Source of the DNA: Verrucomicrobiota bacterium
GTDB taxonomy: Bacteria; Verrucomicrobiota; Verrucomicrobiia; Verrucomicrobiales; DEV007
Assembly (NCBI GenBank): GCA_045046875.1
Contig: JASFYY010000085.1
Coordinates: forward strand, 1-48,026
Length of the DNA: 48,026 nucleotides
Reading direction: 5' to 3'
In this document: one piece after another, positions 8,631-17,695 of the stretch
Numbering within the stretch: position 1 is the first letter of the stretch
Layout: each line of letters starts with the position of its first letter
The notes under the pieces: generated by a model
Told to the model about the DNA's origin: nothing
The model's input: only the letters and a program-made list of their open reading frames with translations
The model's database searches: none
Translations under genes and position numbers: made by a program

Positions 8631-9236
8631 ACTATCTTAACAAGATCCCGGTAGCCGCGATCTACAATGACGTGTCATCCGGGCTGACTTCTGAGTCTTT
8701 TTCTCCTTATCTGAAGACGTCCAAATGGCTAAGCTTGTATTTTGACGAATTCAAGCGAGGTATTTGACGGAGAGAAGTGCTTCTTGATCAATCCACCTGA
8801 TTTTGAGTTGATAGCTCTTGTGTTTTCAGGCGATTTAATTCTATCCATGTCTTCCGGTTTTCTATTGAACATTATCGTAGCGCGGTTGGTGAGTTCGGCC
8901 GTTGGATCAAAGTAGAAGAACACAGGTTAATCCCAAGTCAGAAAGAATTAAACACTGAAAAACGCCGACTGAAGAAACTGCGCATTCCCCCTCGCTGGGC
9001 TCAGGTCAGCACACCTTCGGGAACGGCCAACGCACAGCGAGGGGTAGTGCGGTCACCGAGCAACTTGACTCATCCTGTTTACACCTTAACCTGAATCGCA
9101 ATCTGTTCAACAAACCCGACCGGCTCTATTTTAAAGCTGAACAAGATGAAAGAGGCAAAGAAACTCCCTTCGTTTCAAATACCGTTTAATGAGGGCGTTT
9201 TGAATAAGATGTATTCTATTACACAATTACTAAAGA

Positions 9237-10169
9237 GTGACCAAAAAAGAAGAAATACATAAAATTCCTGAGTTGCCTGAAGAGATAATAGAAGCAGGTA
9301 AGAATGGGCAGCTTGTAATGTTTGTCGGAGCAGGTGCATCCATGATGCAGAACCTCCCCTCCTGGAATCAACTTGCAACAAAAGTGCTATATTCAATGCA
9401 GGCCAAAGGTTACATAACTTTTGCAGACATTGAGCAGCTCAGGAGTCTAGATGCTAGGAAACAGTTGTCCATTTCTAAATCAATTGCTGATTCGAATGGT
9501 GATAGAGTGGATTTAAGCACCCACCTTACTGGAGGAAGTCCAAATAAAGGTATTTACAAAATAATAAATAATATCGGGTGCGTCTGCGTTACAACAAACT
9601 ACGACTCCCTGTTAGCTCCTTGCATAGATGGGACAGATGATTTTGACGGCAGCACAGCTGCCAGATCTGTAAGAAGGGTATATCGAAGGGATGAGCTACT
9701 AGCGAACGTTTTGGATGAACCTGGAACAGTCATCCATCTTCACGGATCAATTGAGGACGAAGATAGTTTAATTTTCACAACAGAGCATTACTTGAGGCAC
9801 TATGACTCTGAAAGTGTGCAACATTTTTTAGGCTCACTCTTTGAACGTAAAACGGTCTTATTTCTAGGCTATGGCCTCGAAGAGGCTGAAATACTCGAGC
9901 ATATCTTGAGAAGAGGCATGGCAAGAGTTGGTAAGGAAAAAACGAGGTTTTCCATTCAAGCCTTCTACAAGTCGCAAGAGCCCTTGTATTTACAATTAAG
10001 AGAATACTACGAAAATACATTTGGCGTCCATTTAATAGGATTTAATCGAGATTATCAAGATTACAACCAGCTCGAAATAGTGATGAGGAAATGGGCAGAA
10101 AAAATCCAAATCAGAGAGCCTTCTTTAGTCGAGGATTTAAATGTAATGAAATCTGTTCTTAATAAATGA
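9237..10169 (+). CDS. SIR2_2-family (sirtuin-like) NADase, probable defence effector
   Basis: MFVGAGAS..NLPSW, TTNYDSLL, IHLHGSI, VLFLGYGL; catalytic Asn and His intact; GTG start. Confidence 0.9.
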   Translation: MTKKEEIHKIPELPEEIIEAGKNGQLVMFVGAGASMMQNLPSWNQLATKVLYSMQAKGYITFADIEQLRSLDARKQLSISKSIADSNGDRVDLSTHLTGGSPNKGIYKIINNIGCVCVTTNYDSLLAPCIDGTDDFDGSTAARSVRRVYRRDELLANVLDEPGTVIHLHGSIEDEDSLIFTTEHYLRHYDSESVQHFLGSLFERKTVLFLGYGLEEAEILEHILRRGMARVGKEKTRFSIQAFYKSQEPLYLQLREYYENTFGVHLIGFNRDYQDYNQLEIVMRKWAEKIQIREPSLVEDLNVMKSVLNK

Positions 10170-12985
10170 CCGCCCTCTCTACAGACGAACTAGACTTACT
10201 TGATCGCATCAAGAAAAAGCCTGAATTACAGCCTTTCTTCTTCAGAGATGCGAAGGGACTCAAGTGGTTCGACCACTTGATGGATGGCGGATATTTTGAT
10301 CCAAAAAACAACCCTGCCCCGATACCAACCAACGAAGGGAAATATGTAAAAATTTCCTATTGGCCGGTGGTTACATATTTGGTTAATAATAGCGCTGAAT
10401 TAGGAATTCCTGAGAATGAAAAGTATGCCAAGCAACTGCTTGATCTTATTCGTCAAGTTACTGAAAGTTCCAAAACTAATGAAATGAGTAATCATCGTAC
10501 TTGGTGGCAGTTTTCAATAATATTAGGTCAAATCCCAACTAATTTGCTAACAATAGATTATTTGGATTGTATAGATCATTGGCTGAACGACAAATACGAG
10601 AAAAACTTAATTGCTCAAGAAATTGGAGAAACGTGGGTTCGTCGCCTTTTGAAGATTAACAGCCCTCATGAACTATCTTTAGCCCTCAAATTGATCGAAT
10701 TGCTCTTCAAATTGACGTTCAAAGAACGGCAATTTGGTAATACAAGTGGTCTAGTTGCCCGATTTCGTTACAGCACCCATTCTGCCTATAAAATATCCAA
10801 ATCGATTTCAAGTTATGCAGGGAAAACTATAGGGATAAAAGTCGTTCAAGTCTTTATCATGCATCTTAAGCAATGTGCTGATAAGCTGAATTTAGAGCAG
10901 CACTCAAGCATTTGGCAGCCTTCCATTGGAAAGCATGAGCAAAATACCCATAAAGACGAACCCTATAATATACTTGTATACGCAAGCCGCGATTCATTGG
11001 CTGGATTTATAGAGAACTTTCCAAATGGTGCAGTTAGTCAAGTGGAGAGCCTGCTAAATGAAAAAATTCAAATCCTTGAAAGGATAGCTATCCATTCGAT
11101 TTGTGAAAATTTTACATTATTAAATGTACTGGTAAACCGCTTAATTGATAAACGGTATTTTACTGGCAATTACAGGCATGAAATGTGGAGGTTGCTAAAC
11201 CTGAAATATTTAGAGTTTGGTGACGAAGAGAGAGGTGAAATATTAAAAATAATCTCAGAAATTGAAATAGATAACGATGGCGAACGCAATGAAACAGCGA
11301 CGGCTTATCATAAAGCTATTTGGTATAGCGCAATAAAAGATCACGGAGTAAACGAGAAATTTAAATACAAAGAAAGTGTTAGTATTGCAGGCACTGAGCC
11401 GGAACACCCTGATTTTGCAGTACATTTCACCGCTTCAAGCTGGGGTGACTTGGAGCCTCCTATACCCATCGAAAAGCTTCGGCGCAGCTCAATCGATGAA
11501 TTATTGGAACTGTTAAACCAATATGAAGGCCCTGATAGCCCAGCGTTACCAGGGGCCAATGATTTGGCGAAAGCTTTAAAACAAATCATTAAAGAATCTC
11601 CTCTAGATTATTATACTGATCTTGATAAACTCGCTAATCTGAATCTCCCATTTATTTCTCATGTAATTTACGCTTTCAACGAGCTTTGGAGCGAAAGAGC
11701 AAAATTACCTTGGAATGACATTTGGCATCATGTCCTTGATTTTTGCCTGCAAGTCATTAAAAAAGACTCATTTTTTTATTCTGCAACCCCCGTTAACTCC
11801 AGTTATAGACTGGGAGCAAATAGGAGCAGTATAGTCTGTGGCATTGGCCGATTGCTCGAAGCGGCGACAAAATATGATGATAATGCCATAGATGAAAGTG
11901 AGCATGAATCAATTGAATCCATTCTTCAATACTTGCTGAATAATGTAGAAGGAAGAGAAATTTCCGATTCGGAAGATGCTGTATCAGTGTCAATAAACAC
12001 AGCCAAAGGCCAAACTATAATTGCTTTGATAAATTTAGCACTGCGCACTTGTCGTATTGAAGACAAGAAAAACAATAATGAGCACGTCAAGGCGTGGAAT
12101 CAATTTCAGCACTACTTCAACATCGAGTTAAAGGCCGGTAAATCGTCCCCTCCAGAGCATGAGTTCTCGACCCTAGTTACTCTTTATGCGGCTAATTTTT
12201 CTTATATGTCGAAAGAATGGGTAATGGAAAATCTTGAATCAATTTTCGACCGAAATGACGAATCGCGTTGGATTTGTGCAATGCGAGGATATTCTTATGT
12301 AGGGAATCCTCTGCCTGATATATTTTCTTTTCTACAATCTCGAGGTGATTTTGATAAAGCTTTAGATAATGGAGCGGTCAAAAATGATATACTTGAGCAT
12401 ATCATTGCCAAAGGAGCATTTGCATATCTAACAGGCTTAAGCTTGTTAGATGATGAAAAAAGCTTTGTGAGAAGTTTATTGGATAGAAACAAGGAGGCTG
12501 AGTTACATCATCTTATTACCTCCATTTCTAGATTCGGAAGAGAAGATGATATTAGTATAAGGGATAAAGTATATGCGCTTTGGCCACTGATCTTAAAGAA
12601 TACTAATATTTCAACTCAAGCAGAAAAAAAACTAGCTTCTAGATTGTGCAGTTTGACTAAGTATATTGATCGAATCGACGAAAAGAGAAAAGAGTGGTTG
12701 CTCCAAATTGCACCTTACGCAAATGAAGAATTTTTTTCATATGAGCTATTTGATAATCTTGCTAGACTCAGTGAGCGTCAACCAAGGGAGGTATGCCCAA
12801 TATGGCTAGAAATGCTAAAAACCATTTCTCCTGATTATTCAGAAGAAAATTTAAGGCAGCTATTCACTAACCTAATTAAAGATGGTAACGATGGGATACG
12901 AGACGCGAAAAATATTGCAAGTGAACATGTGAGATTAGGGGATGAGCGAGCAAACAACATCCTCAATGATCTTCTAGCAGTTTAG
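10166..12985 (+). CDS. Large, probably alpha-helical hypothetical protein coupled to SIR2 (candidate sensor/scaffold)
   Basis: 939-aa ORF with ATGA overlap on the SIR2 stop; N-terminal FF..A..LKWFDHL..GGYF.P..NP.P...YWP..YL motif; no Walker A seen. Confidence 0.8.
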   Translation: MTALSTDELDLLDRIKKKPELQPFFFRDAKGLKWFDHLMDGGYFDPKNNPAPIPTNEGKYVKISYWPVVTYLVNNSAELGIPENEKYAKQLLDLIRQVTESSKTNEMSNHRTWWQFSIILGQIPTNLLTIDYLDCIDHWLNDKYEKNLIAQEIGETWVRRLLKINSPHELSLALKLIELLFKLTFKERQFGNTSGLVARFRYSTHSAYKISKSISSYAGKTIGIKVVQVFIMHLKQCADKLNLEQHSSIWQPSIGKHEQNTHKDEPYNILVYASRDSLAGFIENFPNGAVSQVESLLNEKIQILERIAIHSICENFTLLNVLVNRLIDKRYFTGNYRHEMWRLLNLKYLEFGDEERGEILKIISEIEIDNDGERNETATAYHKAIWYSAIKDHGVNEKFKYKESVSIAGTEPEHPDFAVHFTASSWGDLEPPIPIEKLRRSSIDELLELLNQYEGPDSPALPGANDLAKALKQIIKESPLDYYTDLDKLANLNLPFISHVIYAFNELWSERAKLPWNDIWHHVLDFCLQVIKKDSFFYSATPVNSSYRLGANRSSIVCGIGRLLEAATKYDDNAIDESEHESIESILQYLLNNVEGREISDSEDAVSVSINTAKGQTIIALINLALRTCRIEDKKNNNEHVKAWNQFQHYFNIELKAGKSSPPEHEFSTLVTLYAANFSYMSKEWVMENLESIFDRNDESRWICAMRGYSYVGNPLPDIFSFLQSRGDFDKALDNGAVKNDILEHIIAKGAFAYLTGLSLLDDEKSFVRSLLDRNKEAELHHLITSISRFGREDDISIRDKVYALWPLILKNTNISTQAEKKLASRLCSLTKYIDRIDEKRKEWLLQIAPYANEEFFSYELFDNLARLSERQPREVCPIWLEMLKTISPDYSEENLRQLFTNLIKDGNDGIRDAKNIASEHVRLGDERANNILNDLLAV

Positions 12986-13099
12986 GGCTCATTCCAAACC
13001 GCTGCCGGCATTCGGTCGCGTATCCCGTTCCTTAGCCCCTTGCGGACACGCTTTATAATTCTAGCTTTAATATTAGTCAGCGTGCATGTTTTTAGCACC

Positions 13100-13150
13100 T
13101 TTGATCTTCGCGATGGGAGAAGCTTTCATACGGGGAGGAACATACCTTGG
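13100..13150 (-). pseudogene. Remnant copy of the promoter + first ~10 codons of the 2954-3514 gene
   Basis: ATG at 13129 reads MKASPIAKIK vs MKASAVAKIK; -10-like TATGTT ends 9 nt before the ATG, as in the intact gene. Confidence 0.6.
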
Positions 13151-13176
13151 TGAAATATTCAGCCGAGGCTAAATCT

Positions 13177-14544
13177 TCATTTTGCTTTCAATAATTTGCG
13201 GATTTTTGACAGGAATAACTTTTCGCAAGGACCGGCGAAGGCATAAGTTTGTTCATAACCTCCGCGATCTGTGAAGATTCGATCGCCTCCGATGTAACCC
13301 ATACCGCAATCTCCATACCCAGCGACACAGACAAATCTATCGGGTCGCATTTTCTGCGCTGCTAGTTGATACTGCACAAAAGGTTCGCCTGGCAGATCTA
13401 ACATTTTCACGGTTCCAATCGACAGGCAGCTTAGTTCGACGGGTTTAGCTGATTTCACTCGTTCTATCCAAGCTAAGGCGATCGCTGCTTTGCGTTGTTG
13501 GCTCGCTTGCGCTTTTGCATCACCGAGAATTTTGCGTTGGCTGGCTTCGCTGAATGCCTCATCCGTGCGCAGGGGAAACTGCATGGGTTCAACCGACCAG
13601 GTCATCAACTCGACGGGTTGTGGTTTGAGACTTGCGATGGATTTTTCGATGCCTGCTTGAAGTCTGGCAGCAAGTTCTGCGCGGGCTTTTTTTGAGCCAT
13701 CGTTGTATTTGCCAAAGGCGATATCTCCACCACAACCCGTCACATAAAGTTGGAAGGCTCCGGTTTTCTTTTGTAGGCGTTCGCGAATCATTCCCGGCAC
13801 GTCGTAACTCGCTCTGCCGTCACCATAAAAGCTTTGCGGGTGGGAGGCGTAATAATGCAACTGCACGATCGAGTTGTCAGCACCATCAAACGAGACCGTA
13901 CGCACCCAGGGATCGATCAGGCCTTCTGGTAATTCGCGCAATTCGGGTTTGCCTTTGGTGCTGCTGCCCCGCCCCTGAATTCCACCGTCCGCCTTTGGCA
14001 ATCGACGGCTGGAGGCCACACGGTTCACTTTCGCTTTACCAGTGCTGATGGTGTTTACTTTGCTCCAGTTTTTCTGGCTCTCTTTGATCGCCTGTGATAT
14101 TTTTTTCGCGACATCAGACAAATATTCGGTAGAAGCAATCCGTCGCGGATCGTTTTCATCAAGATCGAGTTGTTGCGACCTTTTTGAAATAGCAGGCGCG
14201 GTGTGCTGGTGCAGGCAGTGCAAAGCAACTCGCGATTCCGAAGTGCCCGCCGCTTTGGCAATCGCCTGACGCAGCAAGTCATAAGACTCATTATGCACTT
14301 CCATCCAGTCTAAGGTGACGATGGCGCAGGTCATGCCCGAATCCTTGAGGATCATCCCACGAGCTAGTAGCGGGTGCTCCTTCGTTTTGAGAATAGGAAT
14401 GTAACCCAGACCTACCGGTGCTCCGAGTGGGGGAGTGATGTCCACCGAGAAGGTGGTCACCTTCAATGTGTCATTCGCAGCTTGTGAATGACACAGCAAT
14501 AGGAAAAGGAGTGAGAAGAAAAGGGGGATGATAGGTGGTTTCAT
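13177..14544 (-). CDS. Secreted neutral/alkaline ceramidase-like PVC-family hydrolase
   Basis: VDITPP, HQHTAP, YASHPQS, GCGGD, LPGEPFVQYQL, GYGD...GYI, GGYE; signal peptide from MKPPIIPLFF. Confidence 0.75.
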   Translation of the reverse strand: MKPPIIPLFFSLLFLLLCHSQAANDTLKVTTFSVDITPPLGAPVGLGYIPILKTKEHPLLARGMILKDSGMTCAIVTLDWMEVHNESYDLLRQAIAKAAGTSESRVALHCLHQHTAPAISKRSQQLDLDENDPRRIASTEYLSDVAKKISQAIKESQKNWSKVNTISTGKAKVNRVASSRRLPKADGGIQGRGSSTKGKPELRELPEGLIDPWVRTVSFDGADNSIVQLHYYASHPQSFYGDGRASYDVPGMIRERLQKKTGAFQLYVTGCGGDIAFGKYNDGSKKARAELAARLQAGIEKSIASLKPQPVELMTWSVEPMQFPLRTDEAFSEASQRKILGDAKAQASQQRKAAIALAWIERVKSAKPVELSCLSIGTVKMLDLPGEPFVQYQLAAQKMRPDRFVCVAGYGDCGMGYIGGDRIFTDRGGYEQTYAFAGPCEKLFLSKIRKLLKAK

Positions 14545-14721
14545 GGCAGTATCTATCAAGGGTAACACTTGATTCTATTCGCACAAGGTTGCACGGAATT
14601 CACTTCGAGTTCTTCATTCATAAACTCAGGTTAAAGTGGACACCCTCAATGCAAAAAAAATAGTGGAGCGGAACTGGAGTCCTTGAGATACGGGAAAGGG
14701 AAAGAGTTTTCTGGTTATTAT

Positions 14722-14800
14722 TTTCAGAACAAAGTGATAGGCTCGTTCGAGAGTTTTGATATTGGTGGAGGAAGAAACTTCCATGCGGCCGGTAACATTT
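14722..14800 (-). pseudogene. Remnant copy of the promoter + first ~22 codons of the 2954-3514 gene
   Basis: ATG at 14784 reads MEVSSSTNIKTLERAYHFVLKI vs MKASAVAKIKTLEQAYDFVLKV; DNA 14722-14788 aligns without gaps to 3452-3518. Confidence 0.75.
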
Positions 14801-14861
14801 CGCGATTGAATCAACAGGCAATAAAAAATGGATGTTGATGGGCGTTGACTTGGTGCACTCG

Positions 14862-15470
14862 TCAGGGATTCAACTTCTTTAAATAATCTATCAAAGGCTG
14901 ATAATCGAAGTCATCCGCTCGCTTTAAAGCGGCGATGTATTGCTTCCGTTCATCGCTATTTACATTCAAGGTATCGCTCGCCCAGTTGATAGGTTTCACC
15001 TCAGTCAAACGTTTGAGCACAACGTCGCAGACCAATCGCGACCATCTTCCGTTGCCATTGTTGAAAGGGTGAACCCGAACCATGGCATGATGGTAGCTGG
15101 CGATAAAGGGTATCAGGTTCTCTTGATCATAAGTTTTCCATTTTTCATTGTAATTCATTGCCACACGTCCGAGTTCCATCGGAACCATTTCCGGAGCTAC
15201 ACCGATATTCGGTCTTACTCCTGTCTCCGAGCGCAGAGTACCGGCCCATTGCCACACTTGGTCGTACATTCGTTTATGCAGTTTTTCATAAAACTCCACT
15301 GTGAATAGATCTCCAAGGCGACCGCCTTCTATCCAGTCTTCTGCGCTGAGGATATTCAATGTCTCCGCCGCATTCAGTTGCTTGCGGGTGGTGATTTCAT
15401 CACGGAGTAAACCTGAAATGTCGTCCAGCGGTGTTGCTCCATCCGGCTGGTCTGTAATTTTGTCAGTCAT
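14862..15470 (-). CDS. Mobile mystery protein B (Fic domain)
   Basis: PDGATPLD N-terminus, VWQWAG, intact Fic motif HPFNNGNGRWSR, YIAALKRAD; start 15470 overlaps the upstream gene's stop. Confidence 0.9.
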   Translation of the reverse strand: MTDKITDQPDGATPLDDISGLLRDEITTRKQLNAAETLNILSAEDWIEGGRLGDLFTVEFYEKLHKRMYDQVWQWAGTLRSETGVRPNIGVAPEMVPMELGRVAMNYNEKWKTYDQENLIPFIASYHHAMVRVHPFNNGNGRWSRLVCDVVLKRLTEVKPINWASDTLNVNSDERKQYIAALKRADDFDYQPLIDYLKKLNP

Positions 15471-15930
15471 TCCAGAGGTCCGTCGGCCGCTCGACTTCAA
15501 ACTCTCTGGCTAAATCCAGAATGGCTTCAGATAAAGTGATGTCATTGACTGCCGACGCCTCAAGCGCTTGAGATTGATTGACTCGCTTGAGTTTTTGCTT
15601 TGCGCGACATAGTGACTGTTCAGATACCATCTTCGCAATAGGTTTTTTCGGGACTAACATATAAGCCAGTTCGCAACCAAGTGCATCCGCCGTATTCTGA
15701 AGGGTAGCGAGAGTGATGGCGCCCCTTAGCTCATTGCTTTCAAGTTCAGCCAGACTTTGCCGGGTGATGCCTACCCGCTTTGCTGCTTGAGTTTTATTCA
15801 TGCCAAGAGCTTCGCGGATAGCGGTCAACCAACCGTTTCTGGGCTTGTGTGGCACGTTGGAAGTCGCGATCACTTCATCGAGTTGTCTTGTCCTCTGACG
15901 GGCAGTTCTGGATTGTGCGGAGCTCGGCAT
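15463..15930 (-). CDS. Mobile mystery protein A (XRE HTH)
   Basis: PRNGWLTAIREALGM...AKRVGIT...LESNELRGAITLATL...ALGCELAYMLVP...QSQALE. Confidence 0.9.
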   Translation of the reverse strand: MPSSAQSRTARQRTRQLDEVIATSNVPHKPRNGWLTAIREALGMNKTQAAKRVGITRQSLAELESNELRGAITLATLQNTADALGCELAYMLVPKKPIAKMVSEQSLCRAKQKLKRVNQSQALEASAVNDITLSEAILDLAREFEVERPTDLWND

Positions 15931-15960
15931 AGTCTGATCTTTTTGTTGGGTTTACACTAA

Positions 15961-16017
15961 ATAGTAGGGTGTTACCTGCTATAAATCAATGAAAAAGAAG
16001 GTTATGCCCTGCTATAA
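15961..16017 (-). promoter_or_regulatory. Two imperfect palindromes upstream of mobile mystery A (candidate autoregulatory operators)
   Basis: ATAGTAGG-N6-CCTGCTAT at 15961-15982; CCTGCTATAA is repeated 33 nt later (16008-16017). Confidence 0.4.
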
Positions 16018-16101
16018 TAACTTGTGCTTGCAGGGAGTAGCCTGCGTAAACTACGAGAAAAGCCACCCCACCCCTTTCCCTAATTTTTGGTGGAGACTCA
16101 G

Positions 16102-16175
16102 TGGAGGCGAGGGCGGGAATCGAACCCGCGATAATGGTTTTGCAAACCATGGCCTTACCACTTGGCGACCTCGCC
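16102..16175 (-). tRNA. tRNA-Cys (GCA)
   Basis: Reverse complement GGCGAGGTCGCCAAGTGGTAAGGCCATGGTTTGCAAAACCATTATCGCGGGTTCGATTCCCGCCCTCGCCTCCA: cloverleaf, GCA anticodon, TTCGA T-loop, encoded CCA. Confidence 0.97.
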
Positions 16176-16340
16176 GTTCCGATCGTGATGGGCGGATGCC
16201 CTACGAGTGAACGCTGGCAATTATCGCGGATTTTGCTACGCTGTCAATGGGACGAGGGAATTAAAGTGAAGAATGAAGAATGTAGAGTGAAAAACGAGGG
16301 CCGCGCTGGTTGCGCAAAGGCCTGTTTTGATGGGCCTGCT

Positions 16341-17678
16341 TTATTTGGAATAGGTGATTTTGAGGCCTTCTTCCCGCCAAGCACGGGCGACATCTTTTTG
16401 TAATTGCTCGTAGCTGCGGCCATCGAGCAAATACTTTTGTTGTGCGTTGCCGTCGGCTTCTCCTTTTAATCGGGCATTGATGTAGGCTTTGAGGCGTTCG
16501 CCTTTTTTCTGACCATCGAGGCGGAGAAAATAATAAAGCAGTATGCTGGCTGAGCGGTAGTTCTGTTGACCTTCACGGTCGGCGACGGCGGCGCTCCACG
16601 ACTGCGGGGACATGCTCATCAATTGCAGCACGGGCACCATTTCAAAGGAACGCCCCGCACCGGGGCCGCTGCCGGTGCTTTCGCGTACGGATTTGGACAT
16701 GCGTGAAAGGCGGAACAGTCCGGCTTCGTAAGGCATGGCCGAAGTGACTTCGGCAAAACCTTCTCCCATCCAAATCGGGATGAGCGGTAACCAGCGCATC
16801 ATAACCTGGTGGGTGACTTCGTGGATGAGGGTATTGCCTGCGGCTCCCCGGTTTACCCGGATGTTGTTTTGTGAACGTTTGATTCCGAGGCTGGTTAAAG
16901 GCACCAGGATTTTTCCCGAGGAGGGAAAAAAGGCTCCGGCACTGCCGCTGGGGCCTCCCGCGTTGAAATAGTCTTCTTTGGTGGCATAGAGTTCGGTGAT
17001 GTAAAATCCGTTACCGCCCGGTGTGGCTTGCAAGTCGATCGGCATGGCGTTGGCGAGATCGTAGGTGGACTCAAATATTAGTGAAAACTCGCGCACTGCC
17101 CGATGCGGCAGGCGGAAGGGGCTGCGGAATTCGAAGTGGGGACTGCGGTAGATGTAACCTTCTTTTTTAGTTTCGCTGATGGTTTTGATATCGGCGGGGG
17201 AAAAAGTGGTTTTGACTTTTGCCGGCCATTTTGCCGAGCTTGTTGGTGATGCGGAGGGGCGCAGTGATGGGGTGGGCACTTTGATGGTGGCGGTGCTGGG
17301 CGTAGTGGCGGTGGCTGGGTTGGTGGAAGGGGGGATTCTACTGCGGCTGAAGCCCGGTGGCAGTTTGCTCATCGGGATACCCGGATTCTGCAGTTTTTTG
17401 GTATTGGATTTGCTGCGCTTGATGAAGAGCAGGTCTTCGTCGCTGAGTTTGCTGAGTGGCAGCGAGATCGTTCCGGCGGGGCCTTTGATCGTCACGTTTT
17501 TTGTGGACATGAACATGAGGCTGCCGCGGTGTTTGATACCGTCCTTGGTGGTCCAGTAGCGCTCTTCTTGGGCGGATACGGGACATGTGAAAAATAAAAA
17601 AAATAAAGTGAGCAAGAGGTACAAGGAGACCACAGGCGAATGGGGTTTGACCGGGTTGGGAGCTGGTGATGGTTTCAT
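16341..17678 (-). CDS. Secreted SHD1-like domain + zinc metallopeptidase (MA/DUF1570-like) protein, paralog 1
   Basis: Signal peptide, RYWTTKDG...LPLSKLSDEDL (SHD1-like), P/S/T-rich linker, HEVTHQ + WMGEGFAE (HExxH...E). Confidence 0.75.
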   Translation of the reverse strand: MKPSPAPNPVKPHSPVVSLYLLLTLFFLFFTCPVSAQEERYWTTKDGIKHRGSLMFMSTKNVTIKGPAGTISLPLSKLSDEDLLFIKRSKSNTKKLQNPGIPMSKLPPGFSRSRIPPSTNPATATTPSTATIKVPTPSLRPSASPTSSAKWPAKVKTTFSPADIKTISETKKEGYIYRSPHFEFRSPFRLPHRAVREFSLIFESTYDLANAMPIDLQATPGGNGFYITELYATKEDYFNAGGPSGSAGAFFPSSGKILVPLTSLGIKRSQNNIRVNRGAAGNTLIHEVTHQVMMRWLPLIPIWMGEGFAEVTSAMPYEAGLFRLSRMSKSVRESTGSGPGAGRSFEMVPVLQLMSMSPQSWSAAVADREGQQNYRSASILLYYFLRLDGQKKGERLKAYINARLKGEADGNAQQKYLLDGRSYEQLQKDVARAWREEGLKITYSK

Positions 17679-17695
17679 AGGAGATTACGAGTGAA

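Noticed and set aside
16088..16101. tctccacca (minus strand) as an att or tRNA/tmRNA 3'-end remnant
   Set aside because: Too short and not repeated elsewhere as far as I could see
16262..16296. gtgaagaatgaagaatgtagagtgaa heptamer run
   Set aside because: Short, degenerate low-complexity repeat with no associated gene
15989..16403. ORFs 15989-16210 and 16101-16403
   Set aside because: Antisense shadows of tRNA-Cys
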